Shown: positions 15,996-25,609 of the stretch, in pieces
How positions within the stretch are numbered: the first letter of the stretch is position 1
Layout of the letters: every line of letters begins with the position of its first letter
Source: a virus
Lineage: Duplodnaviria > Heunggongvirae > Uroviricota > Caudoviricetes
Reading direction: 5' to 3' (one strand)
IMG/VR virus record: IMGVR_UViG_2651869821_000001
Length of the DNA: 42,125 nt
Program-made: the position numbers and the translations under genes
Notes under the pieces: generated by a model
Database searches by the model: none
What the model was told of the DNA's origin: nothing
The model's input: the letters and a program-made list of their open reading frames with translations, nothing else

Positions 15996-16637
15996 ATGAC
16001 TGTAGAAAAAGACGAGAGTAAAACTCGCCTGACACCAGCTGAGTGGGCTGAAGCCGAAGCGAAGTGGACATCAGGCGAGTACACACTCTCAAAGCTGGAA
16101 GAAGAGTACGGCATTCGTCGTGAAACGCTATCCAGACATTTTAAAAAGCGCGGCTTAGAGAAAGGTGCCGATTCCGTTGGAAAGATGGTACGAGAATCAC
16201 TCAAATCCGATGCTGAACTGCGTGCAAGAGCGCGTGCAGATAAAATCGAAGAACGCCGTACTCGCTATGATGACTGGGCTTTTGCATTAGGTCGTATGGT
16301 GATGCACGAGGTTGCTACTGCTAAAAAGGAAGGCAAACCTCTCGCTGCTATTGAAGACGATCTGAAGAGTCTTCAGCGTGCAAGTGGCACGCTTGCTAAG
16401 TGTTTCGATATCTCATCGAAAGCACTAGGCATGGATCGTGTAGAAAACGACGAAGAAGAAATTCCAAACCTGGTATTTGGCGAACTTACGCCATCTCAGG
16501 TGGCGCAGCTGCGTAAGGAAGAAGATGAGCCTGAGTCGATTGATGATGATCTGCTTGAGTCACTTGAAGAGGAAGCTCTGAGCGAAGCTGATAGCGATTC
16601 TAGCGCGTTGAGCGATGAAGTAGATGGGAGAGATTGA
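15996..16637 (+). CDS. terS: Terminase small subunit
   Basis: Directly upstream of TerL; N-terminal HTH (YTLSKLEEEYGIRRETLSRHF), central coiled coil, acidic tail. Confidence 0.8.
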   Translation: MTVEKDESKTRLTPAEWAEAEAKWTSGEYTLSKLEEEYGIRRETLSRHFKKRGLEKGADSVGKMVRESLKSDAELRARARADKIEERRTRYDDWAFALGRMVMHEVATAKKEGKPLAAIEDDLKSLQRASGTLAKCFDISSKALGMDRVENDEEEIPNLVFGELTPSQVAQLRKEEDEPESIDDDLLESLEEEALSEADSDSSALSDEVDGRD

Positions 16638-16639
16638 TT

Positions 16640-17896
16640 ATGTCCATCCCGTCGTCTCTGAGTCTCGTGCAGCTGCATTCTGGGCAGATGCAAGTCTTCC
16701 AGTCTCCACATCGTTTCAAAGTGGTGTGTGCGGGGCGACGCTGGGGTAAATCTCGGCTGTCGATCTCCACCATCATCCGTGCGGCAGCCAAAGAGAAGAA
16801 ACAACGCGTCTGGTACGTTGCACCGACATATCAGATGGCTCGCCAGATCTTATGGGATGATCTGCAGGAAGTTCTACCGCGTAAATGGGTTCGGAAGAAA
16901 AACGACACCACGATGACCATCGTGTTGAAGAACGGATCGGAAATAGCGCTCAAAGGCGCCGATAAACCCGATACGCTCCGTGGTGTTGCGCTGCACTTCG
17001 TAGTTCTTGATGAGTTTCAGGATATGAAGGCTGACACCTGGTACAAGGTGCTTCGTCCGACATTGTCCTCTACTCGCGGTGGCGCGCTTATCATCGGTAC
17101 ACCGAAAGGTTTCTCGGAGTTCCACAAACTGTGGACTATAGGACAGAACAAGGAACTGCAACGCAAAGGTCAGTGGAAGAGCTGGCAGTTTGTTACCGCC
17201 GACTCTCCGTTCGTTCCAACTGCGGAAATCGAAGCCGCGAAGAATGATATGGACCCGAAGTCGTTCGCTCAGGAGTATCTTGCAAGCTTCGAAAACATGT
17301 CCGGACGTGTTTATTACCCGTTTGATCGAAACGTGCATGTGAAGCCACTACAATTCAATCCAAAACTACCGGTATGGGTTGGACAGGACTTCAATATCGA
17401 CCCAATGTCCTCAGTTATTCTACAGCCGCAGCCAAATGGTGAGTTGTGGGCCGTGGACGAGGTTGTGCTGTTCTCTTCCAACACGGCAGAAGTGTGCGAT
17501 GAGTTGGAGCGTCGATTCTGGCGCTGGAAATCACAGGTCACGGTTTTCCCTGACCCTGCTGGTGCGTATCGTCAGCACGCACGAGGCGAATCAGACGTTG
17601 ATATCTTCAAGGAGAAGGGGTTCCTGCGCGTAGATTATCCGAAGAAACATCCGCCGATCGCAGATCGTGTGAATGCGGTTAATCGCATGTTGATGAGTGC
17701 TTCTGGTGAAATACGATTGTATATCGATCCGAAGTGTAAACATCTCATCGACTCTCTTGAAAAAGTCATATACAAACCAGGTTCGCGCGATATAGATAAG
17801 TCTGGCGGTATAGAACACAGCGCAGATGCGTTAGGCTATCCCGTTCATCGTAGGTATCCGGTGAAAAATCGTGTTATTCTTGGTGGATCTAGATAG
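16640..17896 (+). CDS. terL: Terminase large subunit
   Basis: Walker A CAGRRWGKS, Walker B VVLDEF, motif IIGTPKG, nuclease residues GQDFN and HSADALGY. Confidence 0.95.
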   Translation: MSIPSSLSLVQLHSGQMQVFQSPHRFKVVCAGRRWGKSRLSISTIIRAAAKEKKQRVWYVAPTYQMARQILWDDLQEVLPRKWVRKKNDTTMTIVLKNGSEIALKGADKPDTLRGVALHFVVLDEFQDMKADTWYKVLRPTLSSTRGGALIIGTPKGFSEFHKLWTIGQNKELQRKGQWKSWQFVTADSPFVPTAEIEAAKNDMDPKSFAQEYLASFENMSGRVYYPFDRNVHVKPLQFNPKLPVWVGQDFNIDPMSSVILQPQPNGELWAVDEVVLFSSNTAEVCDELERRFWRWKSQVTVFPDPAGAYRQHARGESDVDIFKEKGFLRVDYPKKHPPIADRVNAVNRMLMSASGEIRLYIDPKCKHLIDSLEKVIYKPGSRDIDKSGGIEHSADALGYPVHRRYPVKNRVILGGSR

Positions 17897-17907
17897 GTAA
17901 TTACTTA
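17894..17907. promoter_or_regulatory. TAGGTAATTACTTA palindrome before the portal gene
   Basis: Member of the TARGTA-NN-TACTTA family. Confidence 0.6.
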
Positions 17908-17915
17908 CCTAATAA

Positions 17916-19496
17916 ATGGAAATAAAGAAAATGGAATTTACCGACAAACAAATAAAAGACCTGGTGGCACGGCGCCACCCAGAATATGAGAAGAAAAAAG
18001 AGCATTGGGATTTTCTCTCCAGTACCTACGCTGGCGGGCGTTCCTGGTTTAATGACAATATCTTCCGATACTTTAAAGAGGGAGATCAGGAGTTCAAAGA
18101 ACGTCTGGAACGCGCCTATCGTTTTAATCACACTCGCGAAGTAGTGAATCTCATCAACAAATATCTCTTTAAAGAGGATATTCATCGTAATCAGGAAGAG
18201 GCGCCTGAACAGATTCGAAATTTCTGGAAACGAGCTACACGTCAGAATTCTTCCATTGATGCCTTCATGGCGGCTATAGACCTACAGTCTTCTATTTATG
18301 GCCGTATCTGGGTTGTTGTCGATAGCACCATGAATGGCAATGTTGAATCCATCGCGGATGAGAAGCAGAAAGATGCTCGCGCCTACGCCTACTGGATTGC
18401 ACCACAGCAATTACTCGACGTTGCGTGGGATGAAGACGGCAATATGCTGTGGGCGCTTATTGTGGAGATTGCGCGTGATGACGAAGACCCTTTCACCTCT
18501 TCCGGTCAGGAATACCAGCGTTATAGACTGTGGACTCAAAACGAATGGTATCTTTTCCGTGAAGAGATGAAGAAGGGAGCTGGGCGTCGTCAGGCAAAAG
18601 TGGTGCTTGAAGATTGTGGTGAACATAATCTCGGCGTTGTGCCTGTGTTCCCTGTGGACTGCATTGGGGAGAGCGAATCTCCATATTTTAGCCCGTCGTT
18701 GATAGATGATATCGCTTATCTTGACCGCGCCGTTGCTAACTATCTGTCGAATCTTGATGCAATTATTCAGGATCAGACATTCAGCCAGTTAGCGATTCCG
18801 GTTCAGTCATTACTGCCAGGGGATGATAACCACACCAAAGTACTAGAAATGGGGACAAAACGCGTCTTCACCTACGATTCTGAGGGGGGGAATCAGCCGT
18901 TCTATCTGTCGCCAGACCCAAAACAGGCACAGATGATTATAACTACTATTAAGACGGTAATTAATGAGATCTACCATTCCGTTGGCGTTGCCGGCGAACG
19001 GACCAAGCAGGATAACGCACAAGGTATCGATAACTCTTCTGGCGCGGCCAAGATGTATGACTTCCAGCGTGTGAATAGTTTGCTGGTGACAAAAGCGGAG
19101 CGTTTAGAAAGAGCTGAACGTCAGATGATGTTGCTGGCTGCGAAATGGATGGGGATCGAGCTTGACGAAGACCACTCTCTCATCGCATACCCTGAAAGTT
19201 TTGATATTCGCGGTCTGATAGACGAATTTTTAGTGGCTGAGAAACTGGCTCTATTACAGGCACCTGATTCTGTACGTCGGCTTCAGATGGAAATGCTCAT
19301 TGAAAAAGTCTTTCCAAACATTTCCGAAGCGATGAAAAAAGAATTCGATAAAGATCTCTTGAAATTTCCGCCCAAAAATGATCTTAACACCCTTGAAAAT
19401 AAGTCAGTACTTACTTATCATCATGGCAAGGCCCAAGAAAGCGGGCAGGAAAACCCCGAGGGAATGGGGGACTCATCTACTCAAGAGACCGAGTGA
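17916..19496 (+). CDS. Portal protein
   Basis: Follows terL, 526 aa; N-terminal HPEY...WDFL...YAGG and RLERA...N motifs. Confidence 0.9.
   Translation: MEIKKMEFTDKQIKDLVARRHPEYEKKKEHWDFLSSTYAGGRSWFNDNIFRYFKEGDQEFKERLERAYRFNHTREVVNLINKYLFKEDIHRNQEEAPEQIRNFWKRATRQNSSIDAFMAAIDLQSSIYGRIWVVVDSTMNGNVESIADEKQKDARAYAYWIAPQQLLDVAWDEDGNMLWALIVEIARDDEDPFTSSGQEYQRYRLWTQNEWYLFREEMKKGAGRRQAKVVLEDCGEHNLGVVPVFPVDCIGESESPYFSPSLIDDIAYLDRAVANYLSNLDAIIQDQTFSQLAIPVQSLLPGDDNHTKVLEMGTKRVFTYDSEGGNQPFYLSPDPKQAQMIITTIKTVINEIYHSVGVAGERTKQDNAQGIDNSSGAAKMYDFQRVNSLLVTKAERLERAERQMMLLAAKWMGIELDEDHSLIAYPESFDIRGLIDEFLVAEKLALLQAPDSVRRLQMEMLIEKVFPNISEAMKKEFDKDLLKFPPKNDLNTLENKSVLTYHHGKAQESGQENPEGMGDSSTQETE
19400..19421 (+). promoter_or_regulatory. 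TAAGTCAGTACTTA plus TATCAT -10, internal to the portal 3' end
   Basis: Family palindrome at 19400-19413 and TATCAT at 19416-19421, about 100 bp before the scaffold start. Confidence 0.6.
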
Positions 19497-19517
19497 TAAG
19501 TAACGAAAGGAATTTTT

Positions 19518-20414
19518 ATGAATCTGTGGCAAATGCTTATGGCCCGTCGTGGCCTGATGGATGTAGCCGAATCGCATGAGCGTGGTGGTACAGGTGCTGG
19601 TGCTCCTGCTGGTGATAACGAGCAGGGTACACAAGACCCAGGCAAACAGGGTGAGCAAAAAGAGCAGCCGAAGGGTGAAGACGACGATTTAGCTGGTTTG
19701 ACTCCTGAAGAGTTGCTAGCCGAACTGCGTAAGTCTAAGAAAGCTGGCGCTGACCTGCTGAAAGAGAATATGAAGCGCAAGGAAAAAGAGCGCTCATTAT
19801 CCGATCAGCTTGCTCAGTACGGTGACATTGACCCGGCGCGTGCTCGTCAGCTTCTGGACGCCGAACAAGCCGCAGAAAATGCACGCCGTGAGGCGGAGCA
19901 AGCTGAACTGGAACGCCGAGGCGAGTTCGATGCTGTCAAAAAGCAGATGATCGAAGCTCATCAGCATGAGCTGGCACAGCGTGACGAACGATTCTCTGCT
20001 TTGGAGAGTGAAAACGCTGCCTTAAAAGCCCAGTTGGTCGAAATGACTGTCGGCGCCTCATTCAGCGGCTCCACCTTCCTGCGTGAAAAGGTTCTGATGA
20101 CACCGGCGAAAGCACGCGTTATCTACGGCTCTCATTTTGAAGTGGGTGAAGACGGTAGCGTTGTTGGTTATGACAAGCCGGCCGGTCAGAAGGAACGTGC
20201 AGTTCTGGTTGACGGCGAAGGTAAGCCGTTACCGTTCGAATCCGCGATTGAGCGCATTCTGCGTGCTGATCCGGAGGCTGACGCATTGATGCGCAGCGAA
20301 GCCAAGCAGGGTGCCGGTTCAAACAGCAAACCGACCCATAAAGTTAACCAGCCGAAGAACAGGTCGACAATGGATAAGTTGACTTCCGGTCTGGGGAAAA
20401 TCGGACTCAAGTAA
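19518..20414 (+). CDS. Capsid scaffolding protein
   Basis: Lies between portal and capsid; charged coiled coil with a disordered N-terminus. Confidence 0.8.
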   Translation: MNLWQMLMARRGLMDVAESHERGGTGAGAPAGDNEQGTQDPGKQGEQKEQPKGEDDDLAGLTPEELLAELRKSKKAGADLLKENMKRKEKERSLSDQLAQYGDIDPARARQLLDAEQAAENARREAEQAELERRGEFDAVKKQMIEAHQHELAQRDERFSALESENAALKAQLVEMTVGASFSGSTFLREKVLMTPAKARVIYGSHFEVGEDGSVVGYDKPAGQKERAVLVDGEGKPLPFESAIERILRADPEADALMRSEAKQGAGSNSKPTHKVNQPKNRSTMDKLTSGLGKIGLK

Positions 20415-20439
20415 CATCTTAATCATAGGGAAATGAAAG

Positions 20440-21321
20440 ATGCCATTACTGCGTGAAGAAGCTGAAAAGCTGTCTAACAACGAACTCGAACAGGGCGTGA
20501 TCGAAACTATTATCGACCGCGATGATCTGTTCGCCATTCTGCCGTTCATGAAGATCGACTCCAAAGCGTACCTTTACAATCGTGAAGCTACCCTGAGCGA
20601 AGCGACCTTCATTGATGTGAACGACACCATCTCCGAAGGCGCGGCAACCTTCACCGAGCATGTGGCGAAGCTGCGTATTCTGGCAGGTGACGTTGATGTC
20701 GATAAATTCTTGGCAACTACAATGTCAGATACTAACAGCCAGTTGGCGATCCAGGTTCGCCAGAAAGTGAAAGGTCTGGCTCGTGCGTTCCGTCGTAATT
20801 TGATTTTGGGTAACTCTACCGAGAATACCAAAGCGTTCGATGGCATTCCTAAGCTGATGCATAACGATCAGAAAATCGATATTGCTAAAGCATCTATGAC
20901 CTTCTCCATGTTTGATGAACTGGTCGATGCAATTAAAGATCTCGGTGCCGACTGTATCATGATGCGTTCTGAGCATCTGCGTGCGTATCGCGCATTGCTT
21001 CGTACCGTTAACGTAGGGCCGTCAGAAATTATGATGGAAAACTTCGGTCGCCCTATGCTGTGTCATAATGGTATTCCGTTTATTATTAACGACTTTATTC
21101 CAAAAACTGAAGACGGTTCGGCTGCCGACATTTACGGTTTACATCTGTCAGAAGAAAATGGCGTGACTGGTCTGTACGGTGGTGAGAATGCGGGTATCGT
21201 AGTTGAGAATATTGGTACTGTTCAGAACAAAGATGCCGTTCGTACACGTGTTAAGTGGTACTGCTCTCTTGCGAACAAGCATGACAAAGCGATTGCCGCT
21301 CTAACTAACGTTAAAATTTAA
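20440..21321 (+). CDS. Major capsid protein
   Basis: 293 aa after the scaffold gene; HK97-fold-like motifs (ILPFMKI...YNRE, GDVDVDKF, AFDGI); strong terminator downstream. Confidence 0.9.
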   Translation: MPLLREEAEKLSNNELEQGVIETIIDRDDLFAILPFMKIDSKAYLYNREATLSEATFIDVNDTISEGAATFTEHVAKLRILAGDVDVDKFLATTMSDTNSQLAIQVRQKVKGLARAFRRNLILGNSTENTKAFDGIPKLMHNDQKIDIAKASMTFSMFDELVDAIKDLGADCIMMRSEHLRAYRALLRTVNVGPSEIMMENFGRPMLCHNGIPFIINDFIPKTEDGSAADIYGLHLSEENGVTGLYGGENAGIVVENIGTVQNKDAVRTRVKWYCSLANKHDKAIAALTNVKI

Positions 21322-21330
21322 TTTAACTGG

Positions 21331-21352
21331 TAGGTATGTAGTTATCTACTTT
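21331..21352 (+). promoter_or_regulatory. TAGGTATGTAGTTA plus TACTTT -10-like
   Basis: Family palindrome at 21331-21344, hexamer at 21347-21352. Confidence 0.5.
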
Positions 21353-21353
21353 T

Positions 21354-21381
21354 AAGGGTGGGCTAAGCGCCCACCCTTTTT
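21354..21381 (+). terminator. Intrinsic terminator after the capsid gene
   Basis: AAGGGTGGGC-TAAGC-GCCCACCCTT followed by a T-run. Confidence 0.8.
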
Positions 21382-21394
21382 GTAGGAGCGAGGA

Positions 21395-21826
21395 ATGTCA
21401 GAACGAAAGATGAAAATTACGGAAGAAGCATTTTCTGACTATACAGGCCACATGTGTAGAGCAGTATTTACTAATTCCATTTCTAACGAGTCTTTAAGCG
21501 AGCGTCAGCAGAATTATCTTGCTGCTTGTCTCAAGGCCGTTCCGTTTACTCAAACCTTAACCATCACACCTACTTCGCCATCTGTGTTGGTAGGGAAGAC
21601 AGTGCAATTAAAGGCAGATATCACTATGAGCAAAAGTGCAGGTTCATTTACGTGGAAAAGCGCTAACGCCAAGATCGCTACCGTTAGCACATCTGGATTG
21701 GTTACTGGTGTAGCGCCTGGGACAGTCCAGATTACTGCAACAGACATAGAAACAAATCTGTCAGAAACGGTGGAACTAATAGTAAAACCTGTTTCTGTTG
21801 AAGTAGCTGAATCTCCAGCTGCGTAA
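21395..21826 (+). CDS. Ig-like (Big_2) domain virion protein, probable head decoration
   Basis: C-terminal VGKTVQL...TWKS.N.KIATVS.SGLVTGVAPGTVQITAT is a Big_2 pattern. Confidence 0.85.
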   Translation: MSERKMKITEEAFSDYTGHMCRAVFTNSISNESLSERQQNYLAACLKAVPFTQTLTITPTSPSVLVGKTVQLKADITMSKSAGSFTWKSANAKIATVSTSGLVTGVAPGTVQITATDIETNLSETVELIVKPVSVEVAESPAA

Positions 21827-21865
21827 TATTACCTTGGCGGCACTGCCGCTCATAAGCGAGAAACT

Positions 21866-22300
21866 ATGAAACCAGCAAAAATTCGTTTATTAGAACCCCA
21901 GTTTGTGGGTTATACGGGAATTCTATGCGGCATTCAGTTTGAAAACGGTATATCTGTAATAGATCTTCCGTTTGTCGATCAGCAGCGGATTTGTGCGTCA
22001 ATGCGAGCTTCTACCGAAGATGGGATAAATGTCTCCCCTTCCGCGGCATATAGTCGTCGTAATGAGCTTGTTGCGGATCAGATTGTAGAGCCTGTCGCCC
22101 CTGATATTGTACCTATGCAGCGTGGTGCTAATGAAGTTACAGACAAACCATTACCACATTTTACCCGTGAAGAGCTGGAGTCTATCGCTGATTGCGAAGG
22201 TATTGCAGGTTTGCGTCAGATAGGCAATCAGATCGGCGTTAAAGCTAAAGGAATCAGTGAAATGATTGAAAGCATACTGAATGCACAGGGCGGTGAGTGA
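21866..22300 (+). CDS. Head-associated protein, paralogous N-terminus with 21395..21826
   Basis: Shares the F..YTG..C...F.N.IS motif with the previous gene; has a helical C-terminal domain. Confidence 0.8.
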   Translation: MKPAKIRLLEPQFVGYTGILCGIQFENGISVIDLPFVDQQRICASMRASTEDGINVSPSAAYSRRNELVADQIVEPVAPDIVPMQRGANEVTDKPLPHFTREELESIADCEGIAGLRQIGNQIGVKAKGISEMIESILNAQGGE

Positions 22301-23133
22301 TGGCGCAGATCGACACGTACCGTAGTGGGGAAGCTGTTTCTCTTTCATTTTCATTTAACATTCTGGATATCCAGTCGGCCACTTACACCGTCAAAGACAG
22401 TGAAGGGAGTATCTTAATAAGTGATGAGCCAATTGAGATTACCGAAGGTCAGATGTCTATTCCGGTTGTCGTGTCGGCCGATCACAACCAGCTTTCTGAA
22501 AAAGAGCGTGATCTTCGTCATGTGATTGTTAAAGCGACTGCTTCAGGGCTGACGCATGAAGAACGCAAAATGTACGTTCTGCTTAACAACTTTGAGCTTT
22601 TAATCCCTGGGCAATCGTTCGCAACAGTGGCTGATGCCCAGATGCAAGCTATTGATATGCTAAATGGTGACACGCTGCTGGCAGATGGCGAAGGGTTGAT
22701 GCGCAAACGTCTTATCGAAGCCACCAGACGAGTCAAAACACTGCCGTTTTCCATTCGTAAGATTTTGCGTATCGACTTCGACCGGTATGAGCGCCCGCAG
22801 AATATGCTGAACGTCTATGACATTCCGTGGGGCGTTGATGGTGTATATCGTCACGATCTTGTCGACTGGGAGCGAATGACACAAGATAAGTTTGATGAAT
22901 TACCGGACTACTTCAAGGAAGCGTTGATGCTGGCCGTGGTAAACGAAGCCTGCGAGATCGCTAACGGCAATGACGTGGCGGCAGCACGAGAGGACGGCAT
23001 CTTGTCTGAGTCTATTGGTGAAACCACCAATATGTATAGAACCGGTAAGGCGGCGAACGTAAGAGTGGCACGCAGTACTTGGCGGCTGCTGACCAGCTAC
23101 ATCAACAATCGCATGATTGTTCGCCGTGCGTAG
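22300..23133 (+). CDS. Head-tail connector/adaptor-like protein
   Basis: Position after the head genes; C-terminal LSESIGETT..Y pattern seen in adaptor proteins. Confidence 0.7.
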   Translation: MAQIDTYRSGEAVSLSFSFNILDIQSATYTVKDSEGSILISDEPIEITEGQMSIPVVVSADHNQLSEKERDLRHVIVKATASGLTHEERKMYVLLNNFELLIPGQSFATVADAQMQAIDMLNGDTLLADGEGLMRKRLIEATRRVKTLPFSIRKILRIDFDRYERPQNMLNVYDIPWGVDGVYRHDLVDWERMTQDKFDELPDYFKEALMLAVVNEACEIANGNDVAAAREDGILSESIGETTNMYRTGKAANVRVARSTWRLLTSYINNRMIVRRA

Positions 23134-23230
23134 CGCTCGCCACATAATTTACTTCTGGTCAAACGGCTCAAGACGAGAAATCGCGCCTTTGCCTGGTATT
23201 AAGTGTGGCGATCATCACGAGGGAAAGTGG

Positions 23231-23575
23231 ATGAATATTTCATGGCAAACCGAATTATCAGTTTATCGTTTTGGTTCGAAAAATGTTTACGGTGAAGCAC
23301 AATTGCAATTCATTAGAAAGACGAACGCAGGCGTAGTTAAATTTGAACAAAGCAACGAAAAATCATCTGTACGAGCTGATAGTTCAGGTAGTCGTGGTAA
23401 AGCGAATCTGGAGTTGTTCGATGCGGTATTAGTTATTCCACTTGAAGCAGCAGTGCAATTGGATGATGTGCTGATTCTTGAAGAGCAGAAACTGAAAGTA
23501 TCAAGTGTACATCGTCGCTGGGGGCTGCGTGGGCGCCCTGGGCATCTTGAAGTGGGGGCAAATATATGGGTTTAA
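23231..23575 (+). CDS. Head closure (stopper)-like protein
   Basis: Start moved to the ATG at 23231; 114 aa, beta-rich, KNVYGE motif; neck position. Confidence 0.7.
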   Translation: MNISWQTELSVYRFGSKNVYGEAQLQFIRKTNAGVVKFEQSNEKSSVRADSSGSRGKANLELFDAVLVIPLEAAVQLDDVLILEEQKLKVSSVHRRWGLRGRPGHLEVGANIWV

Positions 23576-24039
23576 AGTATGATGCACATCAGTTTAAGCG
23601 TGCCGGAGATAGACTTAATAACAGCCAGAAAGCCTTCAAGCGCTACTTGATCCGCGATATGGAGAAACTTTCCAGACTGGTCGAACGTCTGGCTCGTGCG
23701 ATGGCTCCAATCGAGACCGGTTCGCTGGAAAGTGCCATTTTTGCTCGTGTCATAAAAGAGGGATATTCAGGGCTACGTATCGAGCTGTCTGTATCAGGCG
23801 CAAAGTCGCGAGAAGAGCACCCAGGAGTTGAGGTTGGTGATTATGCGGAGTATATGGAGTTGGGAAAATATCGTCTTGGCTATCTTTCTCGCATGAAGAG
23901 TGTCACCAATCCGCCAATAGCAGGAGTGAAGCCGCGAGTTGGGCCTTTATTCCTTGAAAGAGCCACTCAGATAAGTGAAAAACAGTTCGCACAGACGATC
24001 GCTGTAGCGGCAAGGAAAGCTGGTTTTACGAGAGGTTGA
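23566..24039 (+). CDS. Neck protein (HK97 gp10-like)
   Basis: APIETGSLESAI, YAEYMELG, and PLFLERA motifs typical of gp10-like proteins. Confidence 0.8.
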   Translation: MGLKYDAHQFKRAGDRLNNSQKAFKRYLIRDMEKLSRLVERLARAMAPIETGSLESAIFARVIKEGYSGLRIELSVSGAKSREEHPGVEVGDYAEYMELGKYRLGYLSRMKSVTNPPIAGVKPRVGPLFLERATQISEKQFAQTIAVAARKAGFTRG

Positions 24040-24040
24040 T

Positions 24041-24424
24041 GTGTTTATCGAAGCATTTGCTAGTCTCATGCAGAAGGCAAAAATAGGTGTTGTAGGAACA
24101 GATATTTTCTGCCATTACATGCCTGCCAGTGTAAAGTCAGGCGTGCTGCTAATTAACCCAAATACGGGTATATCAATTGATCATGAACTGAAAGGGTTTT
24201 ACCACGACTCCTTTACAATTATCGTGCGTAACTCGACGATAACAAGAGCTGTGAGTAAGGCTAATAAAATTATGGAAATGTTCCCTGTAGAGGAAACGAT
24301 AGCCGATAATGTTTATTTTCGTCTGATTAGGCCAATGTCTATGCCTATCACATATCCCAAAAACGAAGGTGCGTTAATAGAGTCAGGTATTCCTGTTGAA
24401 TTTGCTGGCTATTTATTGAATTAA
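24041..24424 (+). CDS. Tail terminator / tail completion protein
   Basis: 127 aa, immediately upstream of the major tail gene. Confidence 0.7.
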   Translation: MFIEAFASLMQKAKIGVVGTDIFCHYMPASVKSGVLLINPNTGISIDHELKGFYHDSFTIIVRNSTITRAVSKANKIMEMFPVEETIADNVYFRLIRPMSMPITYPKNEGALIESGIPVEFAGYLLN

Positions 24425-24433
24425 TAAAATAAG

Positions 24434-24447
24434 TAAGTATATACTTA
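24434..24447. promoter_or_regulatory. Perfect palindrome TAAGTATATACTTA before the major tail gene
   Basis: Member of the TARGTA-NN-TACTTA family. Confidence 0.65.
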
Positions 24448-24496
24448 TCGAGAGCGCAAAAAGTGCTGATTTAACGGAAAAAGGAGTTTTCCAACA

Positions 24497-25243
24497 ATGT
24501 CCAATACCCATGTAAAAAACATCAAACTTGGCGCATGTAAAGTGTCGTTTGGTGGTGTAGATCTGGGTTACACCAAAGGCGGTGTTCAGGTCGAGGTTGC
24601 GACTGAGACTTTGAAGGTTACTGTCGACCAGCATGGTCAGACCACTATGTCTGAACTTGTTCAGGGTCGTAACATTACCATCACGGCACCGCTGGCTGAG
24701 TCTGTGTTGCGGAACATGGTCGATTTGATGCCAGGTTCAACCATGAGCGAAGAAGACAATTCTGTGACCATTACTTCTGCCCAGGGCGTCAACCTGATCG
24801 ACGTTGCTAAAGAGTTGATTCTGACCCCGCAGGATACGACCGACTACGTTCTGACAATTCCGAAAGCCGCAACTGCAGGCAACTTCACCATGACCTACCA
24901 GTCTGATGATGTTCGCGTTTTCTCCGTTCAGTTCACTGCATATCCGGATGATGACGGTGTTCTGGGGAAAATGAGCGGCCCAAAGCAGGTTAAGGCTGTG
25001 TCTCTTTCACCTGAAAGACCTACGGTTAAGGTTGGTGAAACTGTACAGCTGACTGCTGAAATTACCCCTGCTGATGCCGGCGATAAAAGTGGGGTATGGG
25101 CTTCAGAAAATGAAGATAAAGCAACCGTAGATCAGGGTGGCCTTGTTCGTGGTGTAGCTGAAGGCTCTGCGAACATCTCCTTCACCAGCAATAGCGGCAA
25201 TAAGAAAGCGACCAAAGCTGTAACGGTAAATGCAGCTAGTTAA
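24497..25243 (+). CDS. Major tail tube protein with a C-terminal Ig-like domain
   Basis: LGYTKGGV tube motif; C-terminal Big_2 (VGETVQLTA...ATVDQGGLVRGV); AAGGAG RBS. Confidence 0.9.
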   Translation: MSNTHVKNIKLGACKVSFGGVDLGYTKGGVQVEVATETLKVTVDQHGQTTMSELVQGRNITITAPLAESVLRNMVDLMPGSTMSEEDNSVTITSAQGVNLIDVAKELILTPQDTTDYVLTIPKAATAGNFTMTYQSDDVRVFSVQFTAYPDDDGVLGKMSGPKQVKAVSLSPERPTVKVGETVQLTAEITPADAGDKSGVWASENEDKATVDQGGLVRGVAEGSANISFTSNSGNKKATKAVTVNAAS

Positions 25244-25250
25244 TTAAGTT

Positions 25251-25269
25251 GAGGCTCAGGAAGAGCCTC
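25251..25269 (+). terminator. Hairpin after the major tail gene
   Basis: GAGGCTC-AGGAA-GAGCCTC with a weak T-run. Confidence 0.5.
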
Positions 25270-25291
25270 GCTTCTAAAAGGAATTTAACCA

Positions 25292-25609
25292 ATGACCAAA
25301 TTACTCGATCTCGATTCTATTCTGCCTCCGAAAAAAAGTATTAAGTTCGGCGGTCAGGAGTACCCCATCGTTGAAATGACGGTTGGTCTGTTTGTTTCCA
25401 TCAAACAGATGGAAGGCAAAGATATTCAAAATATGTCCCCGGTAGAGCAGGTTACTGCATATGCCGATCTTGTGCGCAAGGTAATCCCATCCGTACCTGA
25501 TGCAGTGCTGGAAAAACTGACTGTTCCGCAGCTTCAGCAGATCTTCACCTTCGCTATGGAAGTGATTGATGAAGAGAACGAAAAAGCGGCTGGTGAAGAG
25601 GCAAAGTAG
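25292..25609 (+). CDS. Tail assembly chaperone (gpG-like)
   Basis: Lies between the major tail and tape measure genes; ends ...GAG GCA AAG TAG. Confidence 0.85.
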   Translation: MTKLLDLDSILPPKKSIKFGGQEYPIVEMTVGLFVSIKQMEGKDIQNMSPVEQVTAYADLVRKVIPSVPDAVLEKLTVPQLQQIFTFAMEVIDEENEKAAGEEAK

